Origin: an uncultured Opitutales bacterium
GTDB taxonomy: Bacteria; Verrucomicrobiota; Verrucomicrobiia; Opitutales; JAIRKQ01
Assembly (NCBI GenBank): GCA_964577805.1
Contig: CAZOAG010000001.1
Coordinates: 155,033-219,032, forward strand
DNA: 64,000 nt
Direction of reading: 5' to 3'
Of the stretch, positions 19,713-29,521 are shown piece after piece. Below the pieces are notes generated by a model, which made no database searches, had not been told where the DNA came from, and worked only from the letters and a program-made list of their open reading frames with translations. How positions within the stretch are numbered: position 1 is the stretch's first letter; each line of letters opens with the position of its first letter. The position numbers and the translations under genes are program-made.

Positions 19713-20225
19713 ATTTGATTGTTGTTTTAGGGCTTGATTTTGAACCTCTTCTGCAAGATTTTCTATGAAATTTTTATATACTTTTTCTGTCATTTTGTTT
19801 ATGCCATTTTGCAACAAGTTAATAACCATGTCTTGTGGTATTTGTCCCGCATTAATCTCATCTGCACAATCTTTGACCTTGGCATAAAAATGGCATTTTT
19901 TAGCCGCATGCCAGCATTGAGCAAGTCTTTGATTTTTTCTCTGTCTTTTTCGTTAACATTGTTTATTATCTCGTTTTGTTGGGTTTTTCAGATCAAGAGT
20001 GATTAGCTCGTTTAATATTTTATTAAGCGGTATTGGCATTGATAGATTTTCCCTAGGATTCACATCTAGGTGCCACAAATTAGATGGTGACGTATTTTGT
20101 GCCAACTTCAATAGTTCATCAAAAACTTTGCTTACAAGTTTTTTGTTTTGTTGTTGCAATTTTTCTACAAAAGTTTTAAATGAAAGCGTAGTATTATTTT
20201 GAGTCATCAAAAACTCAGCAATCAT
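19707..20225 (-). pseudogene. Hypothetical ORF interrupted by a single in-frame TAA (90 codons + stop + 82 further open codons)
   Basis: ORF 19953..20225 ends at a TAA (plus-strand tta at 19953-19955). The same frame then stays open for 82 more codons, to the TAA at 19704-19706. It overlaps the mutS 3' end convergently by 9 nt. Confidence 0.35.
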
Positions 20226-20247
20226 GCATGCTGTAGTTTCGAGATTG

Positions 20248-20646
20248 TCATTGCCGCTTGATAGTAAAACAATTTTGGCAATGTTCTTGGTTTTTGGACT
20301 TATTTTGATCGATTATATCAATGAAGGTCTCAGCCAATTCTTTATCCTGCAGCCCTTTACATGCACTTTTAATTACGTCATCATATCCAGTTATATCATT
20401 CATTAATGCTATTGATGATAATGTAGCAAGTTTGAAGTTTTTGTTGGCTTTTTGACCGTCAATTTTGTTGTTCTCTCCGATAAATATTTTCGCATCGAAA
20501 GTGATTTTATTGTCTTTATCACCAATTTCAAACTGTTTGGTTTTTGTGCTAAAGCGCACATCTCTTGTGTCTAACTTTTTGGGCAAGTGTATTCTGGTTG
20601 TCTCTCCATTAATCGTCAACTTATAAGTGTTGGTCGATCTTATCAA
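20248..20646 (-). CDS. Hypothetical Lys-rich protein (132 aa), TTG start as given
   Basis: This ORF sits 22 nt upstream of the interrupted ORF on the same strand. I recognise no family motif. Confidence 0.35.
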   Translation of the reverse strand: MIRSTNTYKLTINGETTRIHLPKKLDTRDVRFSTKTKQFEIGDKDNKITFDAKIFIGENNKIDGQKANKNFKLATLSSIALMNDITGYDDVIKSACKGLQDKELAETFIDIIDQNKSKNQEHCQNCFTIKRQ

Positions 20647-20927
20647 TCCAAAAATTTTTGATCCAAACGAAAGTTTACATTTGACATCTGGTTGATTGTT
20701 GGGCAGTCATCCATACTGCATTCCTCTGTGGCGATTATAGATTTCTCTCATAACATTGTCGAGAAATTTTAAATATTTTTTACAATGTTTTGGCTTTTAA
20801 ACAATAGAAATGATACAAGAATTGCTCTGATACTGTCACTTATTGTGAGTATATTTTTCAAGTTTTTAGTGTTCCTTAAAATCTTCTTGCTGAAGCAATG
20901 TATATTTCATACCATAGCAACCATCTT

Positions 20928-21779
20928 ATGAGGAATATAGTTTTGTGCGCAGATGGATCGTTGTATGCTTTGTCAGCTGCTTATTATGCTGCTGATATGG
21001 CCAAATTAATGGATGCGCATGTCGATATTTTGTACGCATCTGATCTGAGAAGTTTTGAAGCATCGGCTATAGCAGATTTTGGTGGCAGTATAGGTGTGCA
21101 ACCATTTCAAGAAATGTTATCAACTGTAGCTTCATTCGAACAAGAAAAAGCACAATTTTTACGAGAAAAATTTTCTTCATTGTTTGAAGATGCTGGCCTT
21201 GCTGGGCGCTATAGATTTCATCATCGTACAGGATTGATTTTAGACACATTTGATGAATTCAAAAAGACATTAATTGGAGTCGATATGATTATTCTCGGAA
21301 AATGTGGGGAATCATCAGAAGAAGATGGTCGGCGTGTAGGTGAAACATTGGACCGTATATTAAATTCTGGAACTTATCCATGTCTCGTCGCGCCACAAGA
21401 ACATCGTGAAATAAAAAATATATTAATTGCATATGATGGTTCAGATAGTGCGACCAAAGCAATACATTTCTTGGAGCGCAATCCATATTTTTCACATTGT
21501 AAAATACATTTGTTGGCAGTATCTCCAGATGTTGCGCTGAAAAATAATATGAAATCTGCTGAAGAAATTTTGCGTGGGTATGCTGGATTAAATGTTGTTG
21601 TGTCGCAAAGTACATCAGATGATATTGCACACGCGATAATAGAATATGTTAAAAATAATAATATTGGCATGTTGATGATTGGATCGTTTAGTCATAATAT
21701 CATTAGGCGATTCTTTATGGGAAGCACAACGATGGATATATTAGAAAATGCCACGTGTGCAATGATGGTATTTAGTTGA
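20928..21779 (+). CDS. Universal stress protein family protein with two tandem Usp domains
   Basis: It has two repeats of the Usp layout (IVLCADGS...ILGKCGES and ILIAYDGSDSA...MLMIGSFSHNIIRRFFMGSTT). Confidence 0.75.
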   Translation: MRNIVLCADGSLYALSAAYYAADMAKLMDAHVDILYASDLRSFEASAIADFGGSIGVQPFQEMLSTVASFEQEKAQFLREKFSSLFEDAGLAGRYRFHHRTGLILDTFDEFKKTLIGVDMIILGKCGESSEEDGRRVGETLDRILNSGTYPCLVAPQEHREIKNILIAYDGSDSATKAIHFLERNPYFSHCKIHLLAVSPDVALKNNMKSAEEILRGYAGLNVVVSQSTSDDIAHAIIEYVKNNNIGMLMIGSFSHNIIRRFFMGSTTMDILENATCAMMVFS

Positions 21780-21887
21780 TTATTTATTCATTATTGGTTG
21801 TTGAGATCGTCTAGTGAGCAGTGCAATATTGTCTTGACAACAATAGATCCGATTTTTTAGCTCCATCTTGAGTTTTTTACATGAGGA

Positions 21888-21911
21888 AGTGGGCTCTGCC
21901 CGCTTTTTTTG
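21888..21911 (+). terminator. Rho-independent terminator between the usp gene and nusA
   Basis: The hairpin is AGTGGGC-tct-GCCCGCT, a 7-bp stem with one G-T pair, followed by T7. It lies inside the non-coding N-terminal extension of ORF 21881. Confidence 0.6.
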
Positions 21912-21937
21912 TTATAAAACACGTAGAGGTAAATTTC

Positions 21938-23191
21938 ATGAGCACAGGAAGTCAAATATTGTCAGTGTTGGAATATATGGAAAAGGAAAAGGGCATCAGC
22001 CGTTCCGACATGATAGAAACAATAAGCGAGGCCATTCGTACTGCAGCTATGAAAAGCATAAACGCAGGACATGATGTTAGAATAGATATTAATCCTAGGA
22101 CTGGCAATTTGCAAGCATGGGCAATATTTGAAGTGGTAGATTCTGTAAGCGATCCAAAAACGCAGATCCATATAAGCAAAGCGTTATTATTAGATGAATA
22201 TGCTGAAATTGGTTCTGTCATTGAAAAAGAAATAGACCCTGCCCTACTTGGACGCATTGCAGCGCAAACAACGCGACAAGCAATAATGCAACGTATACGT
22301 GCATTTGAACGAGAAAAATTATATGATGACTTTAAAAGTCGTGTTGGTGATATTGTTTCTGGAACTGTCAGAAATACAGAAAGCGGTAATGTTTATATTG
22401 ATGTTAATGGAGCAGAAGGAATTATGCCATTGCGTGAATGTATTCGAGGAGAGGAATTTTCAATAGGAGAACGCATACGTTGCTTGTTGTTAAAAATCGA
22501 TCATCTGAGCAGAGACGCCGAATTAATATTAAGCCGTAGTCACGTAAATTTTGTCCGCCGGTTGTTGGAAATAGAAGTGTCAGAAATTGCAGATGGTAGC
22601 GTTACTATCAAGGGCATTGCACGTGAGGCAGGATATCGTACGAAATTATGTGTCGATACTAATGATAAGAATATAGATCCTGTTGGTGCTTGTGTAGGTA
22701 CACGTGGAGTTCGTATAAAGAGTATTGTTCGTGAATTGAATGGTGAAAAGATCGATGTAATTCGATATTATGACGATCCCGAAAAGTTACTATACGAAGC
22801 AATAAAACCAGCCATTCCAAAAAATATTCGGATAGATCATGATAGTCGTAGGATATATTTCGAAGTGTCTGAAGGTGATCTTGCAGTTGCTATTGGAAAA
22901 CGCGGTTTGAATGCTCGTTTGACATCTCGAATGATGAACTGGCGATTGGACATTAGTAAAGAGAATGAAACGCCTCGTGAAAATTTTGGTGAGAAATTAG
23001 AACGTGCTGTTGCTGGGTTGAATGGTATTCCAGGAATTGATGATGAAGCAGCACAACAATTAGTAGCTATTGGAATAACTGATATTGATGCGTTTGAAGG
23101 TGTTGAATCAGATGATTTGATCGCGGCTGGATTTGAAGAAGAAGCGGCGAAAAAAATATTAGACAGCGTTGAAAATTTTTGCAAGAAATAG
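21938..23191 (+). CDS. nusA: Transcription termination/antitermination factor NusA
   Basis: It has [15 protein letters not shown], an S1 domain (GDIVSGTV), two KH domains ([18 protein letters not shown] and [11 protein letters not shown]) and a C-terminal acidic repeat. An AGAGG SD precedes the ATG at 21938. Confidence 0.93.
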   Translation: MSTGSQILSVLEYMEKEKGISRSDMIETISEAIRTAAMKSINAGHDVRIDINPRTGNLQAWAIFEVVDSVSDPKTQIHISKALLLDEYAEIGSVIEKEIDPALLGRIAAQTTRQAIMQRIRAFEREKLYDDFKSRVGDIVSGTVRNTESGNVYIDVNGAEGIMPLRECIRGEEFSIGERIRCLLLKIDHLSRDAELILSRSHVNFVRRLLEIEVSEIADGSVTIKGIAREAGYRTKLCVDTNDKNIDPVGACVGTRGVRIKSIVRELNGEKIDVIRYYDDPEKLLYEAIKPAIPKNIRIDHDSRRIYFEVSEGDLAVAIGKRGLNARLTSRMMNWRLDISKENETPRENFGEKLERAVAGLNGIPGIDDEAAQQLVAIGITDIDAFEGVESDDLIAAGFEEEAAKKILDSVENFCKK

Positions 23192-23197
23192 AATAAA

Positions 23198-25657
23198 ATG
23201 AGCGTCAGGGTATATCAGTTGGCCAAGCAGCTCGGCCTAGACAATAAACATGTTGTTCAATTATTGCGAGAACGTGGATTAAATGTAAGTGGGCCGTCAA
23301 ATACGATTCCTTCAATCTATGCTGATGCTTTAATTGAAGAAATTGGTAATAAAAAACTTGTTTTTGAAGATAAAACAACGGCATCTGTAGAAAGCAATAT
23401 TGTTGCAGAAGAGGAAAGTGTCGCTGCTAATAATGTAACTTCTCATGAAGATCCTATTGTTGTTGCTGAAGCAGAACCGGCCATTGAAACAGTTGTAGAA
23501 AATGATGATCGAATTGTAGTAAACGAACGTGAATTGAATGTTGGGTTTCAGACGAAAGACATAGAACAAGTTTCAGAAGAAGAGATCAATGAACCGGTAA
23601 TTGAAGAACAACAAGATGTTGTTGAGCCAATTGCGCAGAGCAAACCTCTGCAGATGGTCAAACATGTCATCATAAAAAGTAACCGCATCAAAAAATCTAA
23701 GCCTGCTAATAAATCAAATGATGCAGATAAAAATAATGTACAACAATTCCCTATTCAGCGTTCACAGACCAAAAAAGATATTTCTAATGATACAACTGTT
23801 CAAGAGCAACCAGTTGTTAAGTTCAAACCGTTCTTAAAGAAAATAGAACGACAGACACCAAGCATTACAGAGTTAACAACACTAGAAATAAAGCCACCTA
23901 TTGTTGTACGTGCATTGGCCACTCAAATGAATGTTAAGCCATTTCAGTTGATTTCAAAACTGATGAGCATGAACATTTTTGCGTCAATGAATCAAGAGAT
24001 TGACGTAAAGGTCGCACAGAGTGTTGCTGAAAAATTTGGATTTTCTCTTGTTCTGGCTAAACCAGAAATAGAAAAAGCACCAAAACAATCATCTTCACAG
24101 AAAAAACAAAAACCTATTGTCAAGAATACACAGAATGTTGTTGAACGACCACCGGTTGTGTGTGTGTTGGGACATGTTGACCATGGTAAGACTACATTGC
24201 TTGATACTATTCGTCATGCTCGTGTTGCAGCAGGAGAAGCAGGTGGCATTACGCAACATGTTGCTGCGTATCAAATCGAGCATAATGGCAAAAAAATAAC
24301 ATTTATTGATACTCCTGGTCATGCAGCGTTTTCTAAAATGCGTCAGCGTGGTGCCAATATGACAGATATTGGTATTCTCGTTGTAGCAGCTGATGATGGG
24401 TTCATGCCTCAGACAGATGAAGCATTAAAATTTGCACAGAATGCGAATATTCCAGTTGTTGTTGCAATAAATAAAATTGATGCAAAGGGGGCGAATGTTG
24501 ATCGTGTAAAACAACAGATGCAACAGCGTGGTATTACATCTGAAGATTGGGGAGGTAGTACTTTATGTACAGAAATTTCCGCATTAAAAGGACAGAACAT
24601 TGAGTTGTTGTTGGAGCTGGTATGTCTTCAGGCAGAAATGATGGAATTGCGTGCTGATACTGATGGTGCTTGCGAAGGTGTTGTTTTGGAATCAAAAATT
24701 GCTAAGGGACAAGGCCCTATGGCAAGTGCGATCATTCAAGATGGCACACTGAAGATCGGAGATTATCTAGTTTGTGGAAAGTATTTCTGTAAAGTAAAAT
24801 CATTGATTGATGATAAAGGAAAATCAATCAAAGCAGCACCTGCTTCTACTCCTGTCAATATTACAGGATGGTCAGGGTTGCCAGAAGTTGGCAGTCAATT
24901 TGTTTCTGTCGCTAATGAAAAAATAGCACGTAGCATGGCAGAAGAAAATGTTGCAGTACCACAAAACGCAGCGCTTGGAAGAATGACATCAGAGCGTAAT
25001 ATAAGCAACGTTGATGAATTATTTTCTGCTATTGCGGCTGTTGACGAAAAGGTACTGAAAGTTATTGTACGTGCTGACGTTCATGGTAGTGCAGAAGCGC
25101 TTAATGATTTCTTGCAGACTATAAAAAGTAAGAAGATTCGATTGGAGATTTTGGATTGCGGTGTTGGTGCTATTGATAAGAACGACATTGTTCTCGCTAA
25201 CACAACTCATGCAACGATTGTTGCTTTTAATATAAAAGTAGAATCTAGTGCTCAAGCACTGGCCAAACAATTTGGTGTAAAAATTATACAGCATAATATC
25301 ATCTATGAAATTATTGAAAAAGTAAAAGATGAGATGGCAGGATGTTTGGACCCAGAATTGCATGAGAACAAGATGGGAGCAGCGGAGGTCCGTCAAGTAT
25401 TTAATGTAAAAAATTCTGTCATTGCAGGATGTATGGTTACAGAAGGCAAGATATTGCGAGATAAATTCGTACGTGTCATCAGACGTAATGAGATTATTTT
25501 TCAAGGAAAATTCTCATCGATTAAACGGCAAAAGGATGATGTTGGTGAGGTTCGCGCTGGGTTTGAGTGTGGTATAGTAATTTCTGGTTTTGATGCTGTA
25601 GAAATTGGTGATATCATAGAGTGTTTCGAAATACAAAAACTTCAACCATCACTATAA
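23198..25657 (+). CDS. infB: Translation initiation factor IF-2
   Basis: The G domain shows RPPVVCVLGHVDHGKTTLLD, DTPGH and NKID. The N-terminal region is long, acidic and Lys-rich. Confidence 0.95.
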   Translation: MSVRVYQLAKQLGLDNKHVVQLLRERGLNVSGPSNTIPSIYADALIEEIGNKKLVFEDKTTASVESNIVAEEESVAANNVTSHEDPIVVAEAEPAIETVVENDDRIVVNERELNVGFQTKDIEQVSEEEINEPVIEEQQDVVEPIAQSKPLQMVKHVIIKSNRIKKSKPANKSNDADKNNVQQFPIQRSQTKKDISNDTTVQEQPVVKFKPFLKKIERQTPSITELTTLEIKPPIVVRALATQMNVKPFQLISKLMSMNIFASMNQEIDVKVAQSVAEKFGFSLVLAKPEIEKAPKQSSSQKKQKPIVKNTQNVVERPPVVCVLGHVDHGKTTLLDTIRHARVAAGEAGGITQHVAAYQIEHNGKKITFIDTPGHAAFSKMRQRGANMTDIGILVVAADDGFMPQTDEALKFAQNANIPVVVAINKIDAKGANVDRVKQQMQQRGITSEDWGGSTLCTEISALKGQNIELLLELVCLQAEMMELRADTDGACEGVVLESKIAKGQGPMASAIIQDGTLKIGDYLVCGKYFCKVKSLIDDKGKSIKAAPASTPVNITGWSGLPEVGSQFVSVANEKIARSMAEENVAVPQNAALGRMTSERNISNVDELFSAIAAVDEKVLKVIVRADVHGSAEALNDFLQTIKSKKIRLEILDCGVGAIDKNDIVLANTTHATIVAFNIKVESSAQALAKQFGVKIIQHNIIYEIIEKVKDEMAGCLDPELHENKMGAAEVRQVFNVKNSVIAGCMVTEGKILRDKFVRVIRRNEIIFQGKFSSIKRQKDDVGEVRAGFECGIVISGFDAVEIGDIIECFEIQKLQPSL

Positions 25658-25984
25658 ATGATATCACAGCGATTTATTCGTTTAAATAAGATAGTATGCA
25701 ATGAGATAAATACTTTGTTGCATACAGTATATCGCGATGTTGCAAAAAATATATCCATCACGGAGGTCAATGTTTCGCCAGATATGAGGGATGCATATAT
25801 TTATTTTTCTGTAATTGGAGATGATAAAAATAATGCTCAAAAAATCTTGATGAAACATATGTCCGATCTTCGTCGTCGACTTTTCGGTCGTGTAAAAATA
25901 AAATTTTCACCACGATTATATTTTCGACATGATATATCAATTTCTCGCGGACAACATATTTTAGACATTTTGGATAATTTATAG
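25658..25984 (+). CDS. rbfA: Ribosome-binding factor A
   Basis: The 108-aa product has ...ISITEVNVSPDMRDAYIYFSV... and ...RLFGRVKIKFSPRLYFRHD. Its start abuts the infB stop. Confidence 0.85.
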   Translation: MISQRFIRLNKIVCNEINTLLHTVYRDVAKNISITEVNVSPDMRDAYIYFSVIGDDKNNAQKILMKHMSDLRRRLFGRVKIKFSPRLYFRHDISISRGQHILDILDNL

Positions 25985-26009
25985 AACATCATTCCATATT
26001 GTTGTGTAT

Positions 26010-26981
26010 ATGAACAATCATTCGTTATTGGAATTATTATTGCGCAATCGTGAATATAATATTATTGGGCATATACGACCGGATGGTGATTGTGTTGGCA
26101 GTCAATTAGCAATATATTATACTTTGCAACAAAACGATATTCAATGTAATATTATAAAAAATGATGATTATGGTAGTGTTTTGTCTGGATTTTTAGATGG
26201 CTGTGATGTAATTCAAGATGATCAAGCAAATTATGAATTACCATTGATTTGTGTAGATTGTTCTGATTTTGCTCGTACTGGGAAATTTATACCACGTAAT
26301 TACGAACGACCATATTTGAACATTGATCATCATATTTCTAACAACAATTATGGTGAATATAATTTCATTGATCCGGATGCAGTATCAACAACAGAAGTAA
26401 TTGCACGGTTATTAGCCAATGATAAGGTAGATTATGGTAAATTAGCTGCTGAAATGATTTATCTCGGCATAATGACAGATAGCAATCGGTTTGCATACAG
26501 TACAACAACGAAGGACACATTAAAAATAACGGAATCGTTAGTAGAGAGAGGTGCTGATCTTCCGAAGATTTATAATGCTATATATGAACATAATAGCATC
26601 GAACGATATCGATTATTAACGATCTTTTTAAAAAACATTACTGTGTTCAACGGTGGTCTATGTTGTACCTCATTTGTAACTGATGATGATTTCAAAAATA
26701 CTAGTGCTCAACGTGCTGATACGGAAGGATTTGTAGATTATACTCGTGCTTTAGATGGTGTACAAGCTGGTGCGTTTTTAGAAATTCATGATGAATATAT
26801 AAAATGTAGCATGCGTTCACGATCAACTGATATTCGTATGGATATATTGGCTAGTCAATTTGGTGGTGGCGGACATCCGGCAGCATCTGGATTTATTGTT
26901 CAATCCCCTACTCCTGATTTTTACAAAATTTTTCAATCTGCACTTGCAGAACATGTGACAAGGTTTTACGAAAACAAATAA
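26010..26981 (+). CDS. nrnA: DHH/DHHA1 phosphoesterase (NrnA-type oligoribonuclease/pAp phosphatase)
   Basis: It has GHIRPDGDCVGS, VDCSD, the NIDHH motif and the DHHA1 motif GGGGHPAASG. Confidence 0.8.
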   Translation: MNNHSLLELLLRNREYNIIGHIRPDGDCVGSQLAIYYTLQQNDIQCNIIKNDDYGSVLSGFLDGCDVIQDDQANYELPLICVDCSDFARTGKFIPRNYERPYLNIDHHISNNNYGEYNFIDPDAVSTTEVIARLLANDKVDYGKLAAEMIYLGIMTDSNRFAYSTTTKDTLKITESLVERGADLPKIYNAIYEHNSIERYRLLTIFLKNITVFNGGLCCTSFVTDDDFKNTSAQRADTEGFVDYTRALDGVQAGAFLEIHDEYIKCSMRSRSTDIRMDILASQFGGGGHPAASGFIVQSPTPDFYKIFQSALAEHVTRFYENK

Positions 26982-26986
26982 TTGCG

Positions 26987-27712
26987 ATGACAGAGAATTT
27001 AAACGGTATATTATTAATTGATAAGCCAAAGGGTATTACGTCTCATGATGTTGTAGCGAAAGTACGTCGATTATTTGGCATAAAAAAGGTTGGCCATGCT
27101 GGAACTTTGGACCCAATGGCAACCGGCCTTTTAATCCTTCTTATTGGTCGTGCTACAAAAGCATCGCAATATTTGATCGGCCTGTCAAAATGTTACGAAG
27201 GTACTATGCATTTAGGGACTGTTACGGATTCTCATGATGCAGAAGGAAACGTTGTAGAAACACATGAGGTGCCAGAAATAACACTTGACGGATTGCAAGG
27301 ATTAGCCGATACATTTATCGGTGATCAATATCAAGTTCCGCCAATGTTTTCAGCAAAAAAAGTAAATGGACAAAAATTATACAAACTTGCAAGAAATGGC
27401 ACTGTAATAGATCGAGAGCCACAATTTATTAATATTAATACGTTCGAAATTGATGATATTAATGGCAATGAAGTAACTTTTTTTGTCAGTTGCAGCAAGG
27501 GAACGTATGTTAGGACATTGGTACATGATTTTGGCCAAAACCTTGGATGTGGTGCTCACTTGACACAATTATGCCGTACTGATATTGAAAATTTTTCGAT
27601 AGAAGATGCTGTAACCTTGGAACGTCTGGAATCGATGAATCGAGAGGAATATTCCAATATATTAATTCCTGTGCACAAGGCAGTTCCACCAAGAGTTCTC
27701 AATAATGAATAA
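26987..27712 (+). CDS. truB: tRNA pseudouridine-55 synthase TruB
   Basis: It has GILLIDKPKGITSHDVV, GHAGTLDPMATGLL and QVPPMFSAKKVNGQKLY. Confidence 0.93.
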   Translation: MTENLNGILLIDKPKGITSHDVVAKVRRLFGIKKVGHAGTLDPMATGLLILLIGRATKASQYLIGLSKCYEGTMHLGTVTDSHDAEGNVVETHEVPEITLDGLQGLADTFIGDQYQVPPMFSAKKVNGQKLYKLARNGTVIDREPQFININTFEIDDINGNEVTFFVSCSKGTYVRTLVHDFGQNLGCGAHLTQLCRTDIENFSIEDAVTLERLESMNREEYSNILIPVHKAVPPRVLNNE

Positions 27713-27718
27713 AGAAAT

Positions 27719-28324
27719 ATGTCGATTTGTCATCATTCCAAAAACATTCCAATAATCTCAGTTGACGGAGATTCTTTCGATGTGGTCTATGACGCATTAC
27801 CGATTGTTTTGGCTATAGGAACATTCGATGGTGTACATTTGGGACATCAAAATTTGATACAACGTGCAATTCATGAGGCCAACAATTTGAATGGCATGTG
27901 TGGAGTATATACTTTTGTGCCCCACCCTAGTTTTGTGATTTGTCGTAATACGCCAAAACCGATGATTTTTTCTTTAGCTAAAAAATATGAATTATTAAAA
28001 CAGTTTGATACATGCGGTATTTTTGTACAAAAATTTGATATATCGTTTTCGCAACAATCGCCAGAAATGTTTTTAAATTATCTTACAAAGAAATTTCCAA
28101 CATTACGCGGAATTTGTGTTGGTGAAAATTTTAAATTTGGAAAGGACCGTATTGGCAATGTTGATGTATTAACAACTTGCGCAAAAAAATATAATATATC
28201 TGTTCATATAGTCTCACCAACATTGTTTAAAGGAGAACGAATTAGTAGTTCAAGAATACGTCAATCAATTGCATCCGGCAATATTGATGAAGCAACTAAA
28301 ATGCTGGGATACTCTTTACAATAA
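27719..28324 (+). CDS. ribF: FMN adenylyltransferase (FAD synthetase) domain only; RibF lacking the riboflavin-kinase half
   Basis: It has GTFDGVHLGHQNLI, FKFGKDRIGN and ISSSRIRQSIASGNIDEATKMLGY, then stops at 201 aa. The RFK domain normally begins at that point. Confidence 0.75.
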   Translation: MSICHHSKNIPIISVDGDSFDVVYDALPIVLAIGTFDGVHLGHQNLIQRAIHEANNLNGMCGVYTFVPHPSFVICRNTPKPMIFSLAKKYELLKQFDTCGIFVQKFDISFSQQSPEMFLNYLTKKFPTLRGICVGENFKFGKDRIGNVDVLTTCAKKYNISVHIVSPTLFKGERISSSRIRQSIASGNIDEATKMLGYSLQ

Positions 28325-28391
28325 TCTACCGATCATCACAAGGTTTTTATAATTTGAGGTTGATGGCTTGCCTGGTGAAATTAATCGCGGA

Positions 28392-29513
28392 ATGACGCAT
28401 GAAAGCACTATGGCAGCAATCAATCGATTTTCACCATCAGATCCGAAGGAAATGTCATTATCTGAATTGATGACATGTATGATGATGATGGTTTACCAGT
28501 CAGAAAGTGAACGACGTGAGGCATTGCAAACAGCCAAGGGCTCTCAATTGTTGATACAGATGGATCAAGCACGTATGGCGTGGGGGCAATCACGGGAAGC
28601 AGCAGAAAAAGAATTTTCTAATGCACTGATGACGTCAATCGGGACAATATGTTCAGGTGTTGTTTCTGCAGGAATTGGAATCGCAGGAGCAGCTGTTCAA
28701 GGCGCCACCAGCTATTATAATAATAAAATTCAGGCCAATAATCAAACAATACAAAAGGCACAGTTGGCAGGTAAAGTTGGTGATTTGCAGAAAAACGCAG
28801 AAAACATTGCTGAAAACAATGCACAAGAGATTGCTAAAAACGAGCAAACGATTAAAGACAAGGAAGCAAAGCTGGGGGATGAAAACGCTTCGAAAGAAGA
28901 CAAAGACAAATTAGAAAACGAAATTGAACGGTTGTCAGAAGAAATAAAAGCATTAACAGCAGAAAACGAAAAACTTGGTTTCGGTATAAATTTTGATGAA
29001 AAAGGCGCACTAATTAAAAATTCCAGTGGTGAAATAAACTACGATGAAACGAGACTAAAAGATGATCCGATTTTCAAGCAGATCAAAGAATTAGGTGGAG
29101 AAATGCATGGAGATGGCACAATAACAGACAAGGGCAGCAGTGTGCCGTGGGGGAAAGATGATAAAGGCAACTCTATTGAAATAAAAAATCTGCAAGATGA
29201 AAACACAGGCCTCGAATCGAAAGTAAAAAGTTTGAGCAGTTGGACCAACGGATTGCAAAGTGCATCCGCCATAGGCCAAGTATTTGCAGGTGGTTTTCAG
29301 ATAGGTGCTGCATACGCACAAAAAGATGCAGCATTCTTGCGTGCCGAGGCACAACTGACCGATGCATTTCGAAATTTTTCTGGTCAGTTGGTAAGCAACA
29401 TCGACCAATCTGCAGAACAAGCACTTCGCCAGATGGGTACGCTGATCAGCAGTTTAAAAGAAGTATTTCGTGCTGCATACGACATTGAATGTTCTATAGC
29501 ACGGAATATTTAA
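28392..29513 (+). CDS. Hypothetical membrane-active, coiled-coil protein; T3S translocator-like; paralogue of 49636..50529
   Basis: It has an N-terminal SLSELMTCMMMMVY..ERRE segment, a Gly/Ala/Ile hydrophobic stretch (SIGTICSGVVSAGIGIAGAAVQGA), a long charged coiled coil, a second hydrophobic patch and a C-terminus ending ...CSIARNI. It is co-linear with the 297-aa protein at 49636. Confidence 0.6.
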   Translation: MTHESTMAAINRFSPSDPKEMSLSELMTCMMMMVYQSESERREALQTAKGSQLLIQMDQARMAWGQSREAAEKEFSNALMTSIGTICSGVVSAGIGIAGAAVQGATSYYNNKIQANNQTIQKAQLAGKVGDLQKNAENIAENNAQEIAKNEQTIKDKEAKLGDENASKEDKDKLENEIERLSEEIKALTAENEKLGFGINFDEKGALIKNSSGEINYDETRLKDDPIFKQIKELGGEMHGDGTITDKGSSVPWGKDDKGNSIEIKNLQDENTGLESKVKSLSSWTNGLQSASAIGQVFAGGFQIGAAYAQKDAAFLRAEAQLTDAFRNFSGQLVSNIDQSAEQALRQMGTLISSLKEVFRAAYDIECSIARNI

Positions 29514-29521
29514 AGCAATTG

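Noticed and set aside
21881-21937. 19-codon N-terminal extension of nusA.
   Set aside because: It contains a good hairpin plus T7 terminator (21888-21911), and a clear SD precedes the internal ATG at 21938.
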